Source of the DNA: a virus | DNA: 64,000 nt | Virus record (IMG/VR): IMGVR_UViG_3300037087_000046 | Location: 1-64,000 of that record | Reading direction: 5' to 3' (one strand) | Part shown: positions 19,571-30,397 of the stretch, piece by piece | Layout: each line of letters starts with the position of its first letter | How positions within the stretch are numbered: the first letter of the stretch is position 1 | Program-made: the position numbers and the translations under genes | Notes under the pieces: model-generated | The model's database searches: none | What the model saw: only the letters and a program-made list of their open reading frames with translations | Told to the model about the DNA's origin: nothing

Positions 19571-22237
19571 CATTTTCCCCTTGAGTATCCAAGGTTGCTC
19601 TCCTTCCGGGTGTGGTGAATCTTTCCAAACTAAGTTTGCCATATAGCGTTGTCCATTATCTTTTGGGTAACGCCCACTAATGATGTTGTATAGTGGGAAC
19701 TCTTTTGACAACCTGTTCTTTGTCCATGTCTCTGCATCTTCTGACAAGTCATTGAACTTTCGGTAGAACTCAGAGAACTTAATAACACCACCATCTACAA
19801 AATCGCAGAAGTCCTCAAGGAATCTTGACAGCGATGTTTCATTGGTATTCTGCAAATTACTCTTCTCCATTGATTCAATCACAGGCACCTTCAGGCGGTC
19901 ATTAGATTCAGGGATTTCCAGATTCAATACTGCTGCCAGAAAGTCAGGTGCTTCTTTTTCAAGCAAGTTACTGAATATGTGTTCTGGTACTCTGTTCTCC
20001 TCTGGAATGTCTGGAACATGAAATACGGTTATGCGAGTATCACCGGGGAACGTGGGGCAGTAAGATGCAAAGTTTGCACATTGAATCCAGTGCGTTGTAT
20101 TGTCTGAGTGGTAAGGTGTATCTCCTTTCCGGTGAATCAACAGATCAGGGCTTGTTACCCAATCCTTGATACGGTGCAACGCTTCAGGTTCTTTAGACAA
20201 ATCAATCTCTTCCACAACACAAAGAACCTTACCTTCAATTTCATAGTTGAAGGCATCCTTACTCTTCAGGGCTTGTTTGGCAAACATGTATCCTTCAGTG
20301 AAAAGTTTTTTAAGTGCCACATGAAACGAAGATTTACCTGTGTTCTCATTCCCATAAAAGAACAGGTAGGGAAGATGCTCATAAGGATTTTGGAACAGAG
20401 ACGCAATCCAAATTTTAAGATAATCCGCCCCGGTACAAACACCGTTCTCTCTTGCCCAATCATTATCAGAAAGACAACTATCTAAACTACTGCCACAATG
20501 GTTTAACATTTGTGTCCATGTGGGGTAAGACAGATTATCCTTATCTTCGCTTGGGGTATATTTGAACTTAGCCCCAAACCTATTCCATACACGGTCGCCT
20601 GGATATTCCACATCGAACGGACGATTGATAATCTTCCAGGGGTTTAGGATACATCCTCCAGTGTACTGAGTTGCTTCTTTGCTGGTATATCCAAGAGACT
20701 GAAGGGCTGCCCGAACATTTGCAACAGGCTCCTCACCCCAAGCACCACCACGAAGAAGAACCCAATCTGCATCATTTCCTTTAGAGTCAACCAAGTGACG
20801 AACCTTCTCATCATCTGTGCTTACCTCTGACTCACGAACGGTCTCGGTAGTGGTATTAAACATCTTGACCCATTTCCCCTTCTTACCTAACCATCCGGGC
20901 ATGGAGTCACCTTCTTCTTGTTTGATGGAAACAATAAGACGACCATCCTTGTGTTCTTTCAAGGTTGTCCCACGGTACTCCATCTCTTTAGGAACGTCGA
21001 TAGCCGCACCGAGGATAGATGCCGCTGTAACCGCTGCTGAAGACGTTTTAAAGACAATCTCCCCCGTTGTGTCCTCTAAGCCACCTTCGGCTCTGGAAGC
21101 CGTCAGAAGGTCTGGAACAGCGTTATAGAAGCACTTTGTCCAGCCACTGTTATCCTGTGTCCAAGTAGTATCTTCTTGACACCCATTTCCGAACCTACGA
21201 ACCACCCATGCCCCCTTTGGAAGCGGGAAGCAGAAACAATTCTGGGAGGTTAAGTCTGAACCAGTTGAGTTGGTTTTAAAGACACCTTTAAAGCCCAAGT
21301 CCTTGTGTGCCTTTTGAAGCATATAAGTGTGGGCGACAAGAGCATAATGGTCTTGGTCCCACCACCATGCACTATTACTGTCCTCAAGATAAGTTAGTAA
21401 CTGACGATGTTCATCCGTTAAGGAAACACGAGGGTACTGTCCACTGAGTTGTTCTAAAAAGTCGGCATCTTTTGCTTCTTGCCTACGATTAGAAACACGA
21501 ATAACCTTTACGTGGTCTCTCCAGTTAGGAGGGGGTTCATCAAGAGGGATACCTTGCTTGATAAGGCTTAGCCCATCCGTACCCTCCATCTTACGCCCCC
21601 ACACCCACATGTTACCACCACAGGTATCTACCTTGGACTCAAGGACAATACCGGACAAGGCAGAAATCTGACCAAGGATGCTGCGTGCGAGTGCGGCATG
21701 TTCTGTGTGGTTAGCGGTAGGTACATTTAGAAACACATAAATGTGAAACCCTGACCCAGAGGTAGACTTACGGAGAGTTACCCAAGGTATATCGGTTACT
21801 GCATGAATGATTCCGTCCAACTCATCTTGAGTCAGACCGACAGCATGATTCATAACTGAGTCAAAATCGAACGCAACCCAACGGGACACAAGGTTCTTCC
21901 AATCCCATCCGGTCATACCAATTGCATCAACGTGCTTAGCCAAATTCCATGTGAGTGGTTTATCTTCGTACTCTGGCTTTGTGTCTGCATGATAGGGAAT
22001 ACGGAATACCTTCCAAGTCTCATCACCATCTGTATAAGCCTTGTAGTTGTTTCCCTTATACTCCCCAATAACAAGTTCTCCATCGTCCTGCGCTACATTT
22101 ACTTGGCATTCCATATCAGCACTGTAAAGTTCAGATAAGTCTTGGTGTGTAGCATTAGTTAAAAAATTCTTGATAGCCTCAGTTTTTAGCAAATCGTATA
22201 CTTCCTTCCTTAGCGGTCCCCCACATGCCCGAACCAT
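19553..22237 (-). CDS. primase-helicase (AEP-type primase plus SF3/D5-like NTPase)
   Basis: FDFD and SGSGFHIY (primase); GNENTGKS Walker A and VVEE Walker B. Confidence 0.8.
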   Translation of the reverse strand: MVRACGGPLRKEVYDLLKTEAIKNFLTNATHQDLSELYSADMECQVNVAQDDGELVIGEYKGNNYKAYTDGDETWKVFRIPYHADTKPEYEDKPLTWNLAKHVDAIGMTGWDWKNLVSRWVAFDFDSVMNHAVGLTQDELDGIIHAVTDIPWVTLRKSTSGSGFHIYVFLNVPTANHTEHAALARSILGQISALSGIVLESKVDTCGGNMWVWGRKMEGTDGLSLIKQGIPLDEPPPNWRDHVKVIRVSNRRQEAKDADFLEQLSGQYPRVSLTDEHRQLLTYLEDSNSAWWWDQDHYALVAHTYMLQKAHKDLGFKGVFKTNSTGSDLTSQNCFCFPLPKGAWVVRRFGNGCQEDTTWTQDNSGWTKCFYNAVPDLLTASRAEGGLEDTTGEIVFKTSSAAVTAASILGAAIDVPKEMEYRGTTLKEHKDGRLIVSIKQEEGDSMPGWLGKKGKWVKMFNTTTETVRESEVSTDDEKVRHLVDSKGNDADWVLLRGGAWGEEPVANVRAALQSLGYTSKEATQYTGGCILNPWKIINRPFDVEYPGDRVWNRFGAKFKYTPSEDKDNLSYPTWTQMLNHCGSSLDSCLSDNDWARENGVCTGADYLKIWIASLFQNPYEHLPYLFFYGNENTGKSSFHVALKKLFTEGYMFAKQALKSKDAFNYEIEGKVLCVVEEIDLSKEPEALHRIKDWVTSPDLLIHRKGDTPYHSDNTTHWIQCANFASYCPTFPGDTRITVFHVPDIPEENRVPEHIFSNLLEKEAPDFLAAVLNLEIPESNDRLKVPVIESMEKSNLQNTNETSLSRFLEDFCDFVDGGVIKFSEFYRKFNDLSEDAETWTKNRLSKEFPLYNIISGRYPKDNGQRYMANLVWKDSPHPEGEQPWILKGKMLTRQE

Positions 22238-22582
22238 CCTTAGTCTTAATCCAAATCGAATAATGGGTTATGAAGAAGTTATCCACAATATCACCTACTA
22301 CCAAATCGTTGTGTCTTACTTGTGCCCATCCTGAAATCTTTACATCGGGGTAATTCACAAGTGAAAGGGACAGAACACCGCCAGAATATGTAATACCACA
22401 AATTTCTTGGTGGATTATGTTAGGTGACTCTGGGTCTATAAGGAATTTTCTGATAGGGACACCATAATGCTTCCCGATTTTCTTTGTACCGACTATTTTA
22501 TAGTTATAGCCAGTAACAGGGCAGAATCCCTTATAGCAATTACCATTGTGTGGTTTATTAAGCCAATAATTATCAGTCTCTA

Positions 22583-23029
22583 TCATTTGGGTGGAAGATA
22601 CTCCCAGCATACACCATCTTTAGGGTATGAGCAGGTGGCATATCTTCTGCAACTAACCGGACAGACATTGGAATATTTATCAATGTTTGTAAGTCTCACA
22701 AACTGATTAAAAGTCAAATCATAATGGGTCTTATGATACTCATACCGAGAGGCTTCACACTGTTCCCATTTAGCAAAGGGGTATCCAAGTATTTTATCCT
22801 TTTCACACGAATGCTTTACTTCCACACCGAATTTCTTTTCCAATATGTGTCCGGTGGATAATTTCCACCTACCAGCCCTTTCATACTGGGTTTCTTCACG
22901 CTTGGTAAGAACATCCCCATTCCTAAACCCTGTTACTTCATACTCTAACCCATTTACAACACATGGGTTACAACTACACTCATTTGACGGGTAAACTTTA
23001 TTACCCTTCTCATCCACTAAGTAGACCAT
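22583..23029 (-). CDS. hypothetical protein
   Basis: ORF with GGAG RBS, coupled to neighbours. Confidence 0.5.
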   Translation of the reverse strand: MVYLVDEKGNKVYPSNECSCNPCVVNGLEYEVTGFRNGDVLTKREETQYERAGRWKLSTGHILEKKFGVEVKHSCEKDKILGYPFAKWEQCEASRYEYHKTHYDLTFNQFVRLTNIDKYSNVCPVSCRRYATCSYPKDGVCWEYLPPK

Positions 23030-23388
23030 TATTCCATCTCCTTCAGAGTATTAAGCAAGTGTGACATACACTCATCAAAGGTATCAAATTCATGTACATT
23101 TATAACTCTATGACCATCGGGGAACCTATATTCCCATGTATAGGGGTCACAGTGACATGCCCAATAGGCGACGATACTACCATCTTCCCGTGTTGAATAG
23201 AATGTACATATATCGCCTTCTACATCATGTTTATGGTTGGTTATCATTAGTAACCTCCTCAATAGCCTTCATGCAATCTTCAAGCGTGGTATAGTCTTGG
23301 CAATTCCTGATAATCTGCCCAGTTTCAAGGGTTATCTTAAACCCAAACATCATGTCTACTGTGCCGATAGGTTTACCTTCTTTGTCAA

Positions 23389-23763
23389 TTAGTTGCATAG
23401 GTTCTCCCAAATAGTACGACGCAGTTTATCAATAAGATAGTCTGGGTTAGTGGTATATTGTATAAAGTCTCCCATACGCAATGAGTTACCAGCATAGGTT
23501 CCTTTTATATCAACCCGCAATAGACCGTCCTTTATTGACACTGGTTTGATGGTTATAGTCCATGTTGCATCAGTAATGCAGTCTTCTTTTAAGTCATGCA
23601 CCGTGGTATGGTTTTTAAACCATCTCCATTTATCATAATCACTGCCTGTAATCCTTGCTCGTATGTACTTCTCAACTACCTCATTCTTGAATGCTATTAA
23701 ACAGTTCCATAGAATGTTGTCATCACCAACTGTGTCAAACACCTTTTCATAATGCGTTTTCAT
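23389..23763 (-). CDS. hypothetical protein, first gene of the leftward block
   Basis: AAGGAGG RBS before the ATG at 23763; promoter at 23790-23819. Confidence 0.6.
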   Translation of the reverse strand: MKTHYEKVFDTVGDDNILWNCLIAFKNEVVEKYIRARITGSDYDKWRWFKNHTTVHDLKEDCITDATWTITIKPVSIKDGLLRVDIKGTYAGNSLRMGDFIQYTTNPDYLIDKLRRTIWENLCN

Positions 23764-23789
23764 GGTTGACCTCCTTTCAAACCAGAAAT

Positions 23790-23819
23790 AGTCTACCACG
23801 TCGGAACGCCATAAGTCAA
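23790..23819 (-). promoter_or_regulatory. sigma70-type promoter (leftward)
   Basis: TTGACT-N18-TAGACT with a TG extension. Confidence 0.75.
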
Positions 23820-23834
23820 GAAAAATCGTAAACT

Positions 23835-24091
23835 GACGCAATTCACTGATTTTGCCCAAAAATCCCTACTCTACATTTTCATATATATAACACATATTTT
23901 TCTAGTGGAGTAGAATAGGTAAAAATGATCTTAAATCAGTAATTTGATCAGGAATGGACTTTTTCTTAGCAAATTTACTGATCGTTTTACTGATCTTTTT
24001 GCTTTTTGGACTGACTCTCCCAAAAAACGATCAGGAATTGGGTTACTTTTCAGGTAAAATCCTGTTACCCAAAATCAGTGAGAAATTAGGG
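23835..24091 (+). repeat. 257-bp long inverted repeat, copy 1 (non-coding)
   Basis: Reverse complement of 62217-62473; first 74 nt identical, about 12 differences overall. Confidence 0.97.
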
Positions 24092-24092
24092 G

Positions 24093-24122
24093 TTGACAGC
24101 AAACAGTCTAACGTGTTAGACT
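24093..24122 (+). promoter_or_regulatory. sigma70-type promoter with overlapping palindrome
   Basis: TTGACA-N18-TAGACT; AGTCTAAC-GT-GTTAGACT dyad covers the -10. Confidence 0.85.
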
Positions 24123-24213
24123 ATTTCTGCCTAATGCTTCTTATGATGGGAGCAATAAAGGTTCTTGACCACATCAATGGTGAAGATTCTGGTGGAATGA
24201 TGTAAAATAATCC

Positions 24214-24243
24214 TTGACAACAGGGAAGATTTTGTGGTAGACT
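24214..24243 (+). promoter_or_regulatory. sigma70-type promoter
   Basis: TTGACA-N18-TAGACT. Confidence 0.75.
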
Positions 24244-24464
24244 TTATATCTAATGCCGGGACAGTGTCGCCTGGTGACCCCTGTGGGTCGCTCCCGCAGT
24301 AGTTTCTTTTAAAGGATACTAACATGGAAATCGAATACTTTTACCAACCTACACCCATTACGACACTGAAGGCATAAAGAATTATGCCCGTGAAATTTTT
24401 GGTAAGATTTTGGTTATTGATGGTAAAACAAACATCGATGTACCAACCCTGAAAGGATACTAAC

Positions 24465-24806
24465 ATGATTGAAGCAGAATGGGTAACAACAGCAGGGTTA
24501 CATGCCGCAGTATTGTTTGTCCATGACTCACACCGTTGTGGGTATGTGGAAGTGCCCCCCACAAGCCAATGGTATGGAGTAAATTATAATTGCGTGGATG
24601 TGGAAGTGCATGGTGGGTTGACTTATTCTGAGATGAGTGAGGGGACATACCCTACCAACAACCCCTGGAAATGGTGGTGGTTTGGATTTGACTGTGCCCA
24701 TTTGGGGGATGCAACTAAATACAATAATGAACCCTGGGACATTATGCGTTCTTTGGAATATGTAAAACAAGAATGTGAATACTTGGCGAGGCAACTAATT
24801 GCTTAA
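24465..24806 (+). CDS. conserved phage hypothetical protein (HGGLTY / GFDCAH family)
   Basis: CGYV...VHGGLTY...WWFGFDCAH. Confidence 0.75.
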   Translation: MIEAEWVTTAGLHAAVLFVHDSHRCGYVEVPPTSQWYGVNYNCVDVEVHGGLTYSEMSEGTYPTNNPWKWWWFGFDCAHLGDATKYNNEPWDIMRSLEYVKQECEYLARQLIA

Positions 24807-25650
24807 AGAAATCCCCATCCAAGATATTGTCCCCACGAAGCATCTTCTACGCCCCGTCAATAAAAAAAGCAAAGACTACATAGGAATTTTAGAGGCCATC
24901 CGAACCTCTGGATTTATGGGGGCAATTGATGTACGCCCAAATAAAACTAAATTCGAGGTGGTGGATGGTATGCACCGTTTTGAAGCAGCCAAGCAACTAC
25001 GGTTATCCTCTATACCCTGTAACATTTCTGAGCGTAGTGATGAAGATGTTATGCGATTGCAGATTGTCAAGAATCTGCATAAAGTAGAAACAACCCCCAT
25101 GCAGTATGCTAAACGGCTGTTGCAAATAAGTGAAAATAAACACTTGACAAACGCGCAACTTGGTGATATGATATGTAAGGACAAATCGTGGGTATCATAT
25201 ACCCTTCAACTTGCCCGTAACATCACTGACCCAGCACTGATTAAAATGATTGATTCCGGGCAGATTGAAGTTAATACGGCATGGATACTGGCACGAATTA
25301 ACCCGGTTACGCAAGAGTGGATTGACTATGCGCTTACGTTACCCAGGCATGAGTTCCTTGTGCGGTATAAGTCTTATCTTCGTAATGAAAGGGGGAAATT
25401 TGGCGCAAAAGAAAAAAAGGTATTTGAACCTGTAGCAACAATGCGTTGGATGAAGGACATCCTTAAAGAGATTAAGGAGCCGGATGAGATACTATCGTAC
25501 AGTATGTACGATAGTATGACACCGTTAGACGCAGCAGTAATGGCTCTAAAGTGGGTAGTCCACTTAGACCCTAAAAACCTAATAGAGCAAGAAAACAAAT
25601 TCCTTGCAAGAAAGACAGCAAATGACAAACGAAGTAGTCAATTACAATGA
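24799..25650 (+). CDS. ParB/Srx-like protein with HTH
   Basis: FEVVDGMHRFEA, NLHK, helix-turn-helix segment. Confidence 0.8.
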   Translation: MLKEIPIQDIVPTKHLLRPVNKKSKDYIGILEAIRTSGFMGAIDVRPNKTKFEVVDGMHRFEAAKQLRLSSIPCNISERSDEDVMRLQIVKNLHKVETTPMQYAKRLLQISENKHLTNAQLGDMICKDKSWVSYTLQLARNITDPALIKMIDSGQIEVNTAWILARINPVTQEWIDYALTLPRHEFLVRYKSYLRNERGKFGAKEKKVFEPVATMRWMKDILKEIKEPDEILSYSMYDSMTPLDAAVMALKWVVHLDPKNLIEQENKFLARKTANDKRSSQLQ

Positions 25651-26317
25651 TTTGGGAGTAACAAGCAGTTTCAGTGCAAACGATTTTTCAGCAGTTCCCA
25701 CCAACAGTTTCACCCCCCGTATTCAACTCAAAACAGCGGCATCCAATGAAGTGAAAAAGAAGGAGTTTCCGGCTGACAACTATGCGCTGATTTATTCCAA
25801 TCAGCCGCTTATTGACCTTGGGGAACGAGTTGATGTGCTGGTTCTTGCAAAGCGTCCAGTGGCTATGGATATGACAGACAAGACCCACCCCATCTTTGTT
25901 CATTACCCCAGGTGTGATGCAGAGGGGCAACCTACTGGTGAGTTTAAACGAATCATGGACAAGTCTGTTATGGAGATGACCATGAAGGCTGCAAACAAAA
26001 CCTGTTCGTTTGGCAATGAGTTCCTTCTTTACATCCCTGTGAAGAAAGTGTTTGCTACACTTGCTTGTACAAGTGTTTCCGCAAAGTGGGTTGCACCGTT
26101 TATTGAATCAAACATCCACAAGCCTGTTACGTTGTCCAGCGTGTTCCATGACAAGGGTGCAAATCCCTTCCAGAAGATGCACGTTACGGAATGCTCCACC
26201 CCGTTTGATGCACCGGATATGGGTTCTGCAAAGATTGAATTGCAAAAGTTCCTTAACCCGGTTGATGGCGTTGCTGAAGAAAAAGTTGAGGACGACGGTA
26301 ATACACGCGAGCGTTAA
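25622..26317 (+). CDS. putative single-stranded DNA-binding protein
   Basis: FTPRIQL motif, acidic C-terminal tail, replication-block context. Confidence 0.5.
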   Translation: MTNEVVNYNDLGVTSSFSANDFSAVPTNSFTPRIQLKTAASNEVKKKEFPADNYALIYSNQPLIDLGERVDVLVLAKRPVAMDMTDKTHPIFVHYPRCDAEGQPTGEFKRIMDKSVMEMTMKAANKTCSFGNEFLLYIPVKKVFATLACTSVSAKWVAPFIESNIHKPVTLSSVFHDKGANPFQKMHVTECSTPFDAPDMGSAKIELQKFLNPVDGVAEEKVEDDGNTRER

Positions 26318-26546
26318 TCTTGCATAGGTTGGCCCCTATGTATCAAGGCGGGTTTGACTATAGAGTGGATACCACTCGCTCCGGCTTATGTGCAACAAGG
26401 AATCAGAGAGCCTACTGCTTAGCCACCAGAGGGCGTTTTTCCGGGCATGTAGCATACTTGGAAAGCAACCCGAACACCACTGTAAAAGTGGTCTTGTAGT
26501 GCCCTGTAGTCGGGGTAACGGAGGCGGACTACTGCCGCCAGCAAAG

Positions 26547-26581
26547 CCACCCACCGGAATATCCGGTGGGTGGTATATTTT
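26547..26581 (+). terminator. intrinsic terminator-like hairpin
   Basis: CCACCCACCGGA-ATA-TCCGGTGGGTGG followed by TATATTTT. Confidence 0.75.
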
Positions 26582-27520
26582 AAGGCGAAAACATAATGGG
26601 TGAAGAAATGATTACTATTAACAAAGAGACTTATGACCAGTTAGTAGAGGACTCTAACATACTTAAGTGTTTGAGGGCATGTGGAGTAGATGATTGGGAT
26701 GGATGGGATGACGCAATCGATATGTCAGGGGTGAATGACTAATGCAAGATAAAGTAACCACCGATGTTGTAGCAATTAGTAAAGAAGAATATGAAGCACT
26801 GAAGGAACGCAGTAAATTCCTCACGACTCTTGAAAAGTTGGGTGTTGATAGTTGGGTAGGATATTCTGTGGCGTGTGAGGTAAAAAAGTAATGCGTCTCA
26901 TCAAGATTAAGAATACCCATAAGAAGACAGTGTTGATTGTTGATGCTGATTCTATTATGGCAGTGGAAGAACGTGATGGGTTTGAAGACAGCCCTCCTGG
27001 TGTGGATATTATGATGCGGGATGGGACATTGTTTCCCCTGGAATATGTTACCTTTAAGAGTGTAGCACGATGCTTGTAAACATTCTTACTGGCCCCGTGG
27101 TGAATTGGACAATGTTTGTTACGGAGTGCCAACGGGTATTGGGGCACAGTCCAACGCGTATCTTGGATTGCCTTGGTATCAAAACTGAAAGCCCGTTGGC
27201 ACTGTTACTTACCATCCCGGTAAGTAACAAAGAACAGAAGGCTTCCCTTAGTATCCTAAAAGAATCTAAACTTGACCACTACTACCTAACTATGTTGATG
27301 ACTTGTGAGAAGCATGAGTATCCTGCAAACTTAGCCGAGGTGACTCAGCTAAGAGTACACCATGTTGAAGGTGATGATGAATGTGTGGCATTCATTACAG
27401 GGTCGATGAAGGATTGGATAGAGACTATTATCATCATGGAACGTGATGATAAACAGGTAAAGAATTTTAAAACTCTGGCTCTACAACAACTAAAGATGCT
27501 TGATTACTACGAGGTTCTCA

Positions 27521-29368
27521 ATGGCTGAAATAAAAGTTCGAGTAGGTAATAGCCGTATTCCAATTCAAGTAGAAGAACGTGGCTCTCGCCTATTCCTTCA
27601 TTTTGGGTACAACCCACAACTTATTAAGGAAGTAAAAGGACTTGCTGGGGCAAAATGGCACCCGGAAGAAAAAGAGTGGTCAATCACTAAAAACCAGCGG
27701 AATGATTTTCAACTACGATGGATGCAGTGGGCAGCATTGGATGCTTCCAATAGGGAACCTATTGGAAATCCCTTCCATCGTTATGACGAGGATGTTACTG
27801 GGTCATGGGAAACAACCCGGTCTTTGTATCAGCATCAAAAGGATGCTGCCCTACACGTAGCACAGCGTAAGTATGGTATTCTGGCATCTGAGATGGGTTG
27901 TGGGAAGTCCTTGGTAGCGATTGACGTTGCGGAGAAGGTTAAACCAGCCAACGCGTGGTACGTAGGCCCACGGGCAGGCGTAAAGGCTTTCTCAAGAGAG
28001 TTGGTGAAGTGGGGCTGCACCGTACAGTTCAAGATGATGACTTACGAGGGTCTAATCAAGGTTCTTAAAGATTGGGATGGTACCAATGTTCCTCAGTATG
28101 TTGTGTTTGATGAGAGCAGCCGAATTAAAATTGCCTCAGCACAGCGTAGTCAAGCAGCAAAGTATTTGGCAGATGCAGTCCGTGAGGCATGGGGTGATGA
28201 AGGTTATATTGTCCTTATGTCCGGTACACCTGCACCTAAATCACCTGACGATTGGTGGCACCAATGTGAGGTTGCTTGTCCTGGGTTTATTAAGGAAAAG
28301 AACTCCAATGACCTTAGGGCACGCCTTAGTCTGACGGAAGAACGAACAAGTATTTCTGGACAAACCTACAGGCACCTGATTACATGGCTGGATGATGAGA
28401 CTAAGTGCGCCCTATGTGGGGCACACAAGGATGTACATCCAGACGACCACCCGTTCAAACCATCCGTTAATGAGGTTAGTAAGTTGTATCGACGGTTGAA
28501 TGGATTGGTGCTGGTACAGTTCAAGAGAGATTGTCTTGACCTTCCTGAGAAGACTTACGAGATTGTCCGTCTAACCCCTACACCAGAAATACTTCGTGCT
28601 GCAAAATTGGTTGAAGCAAAAGCCACAAGAGCAATAGAGGCACTTACATGCCTTCGTGAATTGTCAGACGGATTTCAATATGCGTTTGAAGAAGTAGGAA
28701 ACGAGCCGTGCCCAAGTTGTAAGGGAGAGGGTTCAAAACTATCTGAGTGTCCAGGGGAAGGAGTTATTACTTGTGATTATTGTTCAGGGGAAGGCACCGT
28801 GCCAAGATACACCCGCATCGTTGAAGAATTGGAGACTCCGAAAGATCAAATCTTCCTTGACGAGTTGGACGCGCACCTTGATGGTGGCCGTCTGGTTGTA
28901 TGGGGAGGATTTACTGGGACGCTTGACCGATTGGTTAAGATGGCTCACCAAAACGGATGGGCGACCCTCCGGGTGGATGGTAGAGGTTACGCGGGTGAAT
29001 CTGAAAAAGGTGAAGTAATTGACTCAGATGTGTTGCTTGATGCAATGGATTTAAGCAACCCTAAGTATCAAGAACTTCTTGACATTTATCCCAGAGTATG
29101 TTTTATTGGTAATCCTCAAGCGGGTGGTATGGCTCTCACGCTAACCGCATCTCCTACCGCGTTGTTCTACTCAAACTCTTTCTCAGGAGAAGCACGTATC
29201 CAGGCTGAAGATCGTATCCACCGTGTTGGGATGGATAAGAACCGAGGTTGTATTATCAAAGACATTGTTATGCTTCCAACTGACCAATTAGTGTTGGATA
29301 ACCTGCTTAAAAAGAAGCGACTTCAGTCGCTTACACTGGGGAAGATTTTTAATGGAAACAGAGAATAA
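27521..29368 (+). CDS. SNF2-like SF2 helicase with Zn-finger insertions
   Basis: EMGCGKS, FDES, MSGTP, QAEDRIHRVG; CPSCKGEG/CDYCSGEG. Confidence 0.9.
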   Translation: MAEIKVRVGNSRIPIQVEERGSRLFLHFGYNPQLIKEVKGLAGAKWHPEEKEWSITKNQRNDFQLRWMQWAALDASNREPIGNPFHRYDEDVTGSWETTRSLYQHQKDAALHVAQRKYGILASEMGCGKSLVAIDVAEKVKPANAWYVGPRAGVKAFSRELVKWGCTVQFKMMTYEGLIKVLKDWDGTNVPQYVVFDESSRIKIASAQRSQAAKYLADAVREAWGDEGYIVLMSGTPAPKSPDDWWHQCEVACPGFIKEKNSNDLRARLSLTEERTSISGQTYRHLITWLDDETKCALCGAHKDVHPDDHPFKPSVNEVSKLYRRLNGLVLVQFKRDCLDLPEKTYEIVRLTPTPEILRAAKLVEAKATRAIEALTCLRELSDGFQYAFEEVGNEPCPSCKGEGSKLSECPGEGVITCDYCSGEGTVPRYTRIVEELETPKDQIFLDELDAHLDGGRLVVWGGFTGTLDRLVKMAHQNGWATLRVDGRGYAGESEKGEVIDSDVLLDAMDLSNPKYQELLDIYPRVCFIGNPQAGGMALTLTASPTALFYSNSFSGEARIQAEDRIHRVGMDKNRGCIIKDIVMLPTDQLVLDNLLKKKRLQSLTLGKIFNGNRE

Positions 29369-30397
29369 ATGCGGAGCATTTATGTGTCCCGTAGTGCAGA
29401 CTGAAATAGCGCGTTCAGTTGGTAAGATTATTGACGAAGAGATTATTAAGAAACTCATTGAACTACTGGGGAATGCAAATGCCAACAGAGAGTGAAATAA
29501 TAGAATATGCCACTATCCACAATCAAGTTGAATTGGCTGAAGAAGTGTTTTCTCTAAAAGCAGAAAACAAGGAACTCCGTGAAGAACTTGAGAAGTATGA
29601 GGGGGACAACAAATGATTTATCTGATTATGGCATTTGTTATTTGTTATGAGTGGTGGGTAATTTTGAAATACCAGACGGAAGCAACCCACTACAAAACAC
29701 TGTATAACCAAGCAAGATTGGCACGGTACAAGAATGAATGAACCAATTTATCACAATGCAGATGGGGATGTAATATCTGAACAGGATGACGAAGATATTG
29801 CTACCCAAAGGGAACTTCTGGGGGTGAAAGATGTTTGACCACTTAGTTAGACAGCCTGAAGTTGGGGGGTATTCGAGTGCTGATGGGAATGTATACAAGA
29901 CCAATATATTTGACTACCCCAGAACAAGTGATGAAGCAAACCAAGTATCCCTACAGAATATCATTGACCGATTGGAACGGTTGGAACGAACATTGTTTGG
30001 GAGACAACATGACTGACGAAAAAGTAGAAATATTAGCCAAAATGGTGGTGTTATGTTGTCTGTTTATATGTTTTACATATTGCGCCACACACGGAGGTCA
30101 TTAGATGAAGTTTTTCATTGGAGTATGTATCCTATTCGCGTTGCTCATAGGATGCACAGCCACACGGCAGATGACACTTTCCACACCTGATGGTGTCTCT
30201 GCAACTATGGTAGAAACAGCATCACTACCAATTATTTACCCAGATGCTACCTTGTCCTGCACAGACGTTAAGTATGCAGACGGCACAACAAGTAGAACCA
30301 TCACAGTTAAAACAAGCACTGAGTCCACTACGGCGCGTTGGTCTGCTACAACTGCAATCGCTATTGGGTTGGCTACAGTTCTTGTGGGTACAGGTCT

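Noticed and set aside
23954-24205. 83-aa hydrophobic ORF inside the inverted repeat
   Set aside because: It overlaps the promoter, and the second copy has an indel that breaks the frame; likely spurious.
27070-27528. Possible degenerate ThyX-fold protein
   Set aside because: Only a vague resemblance (ITGSMKDW) and no RHR motif; not supportable without a profile search.
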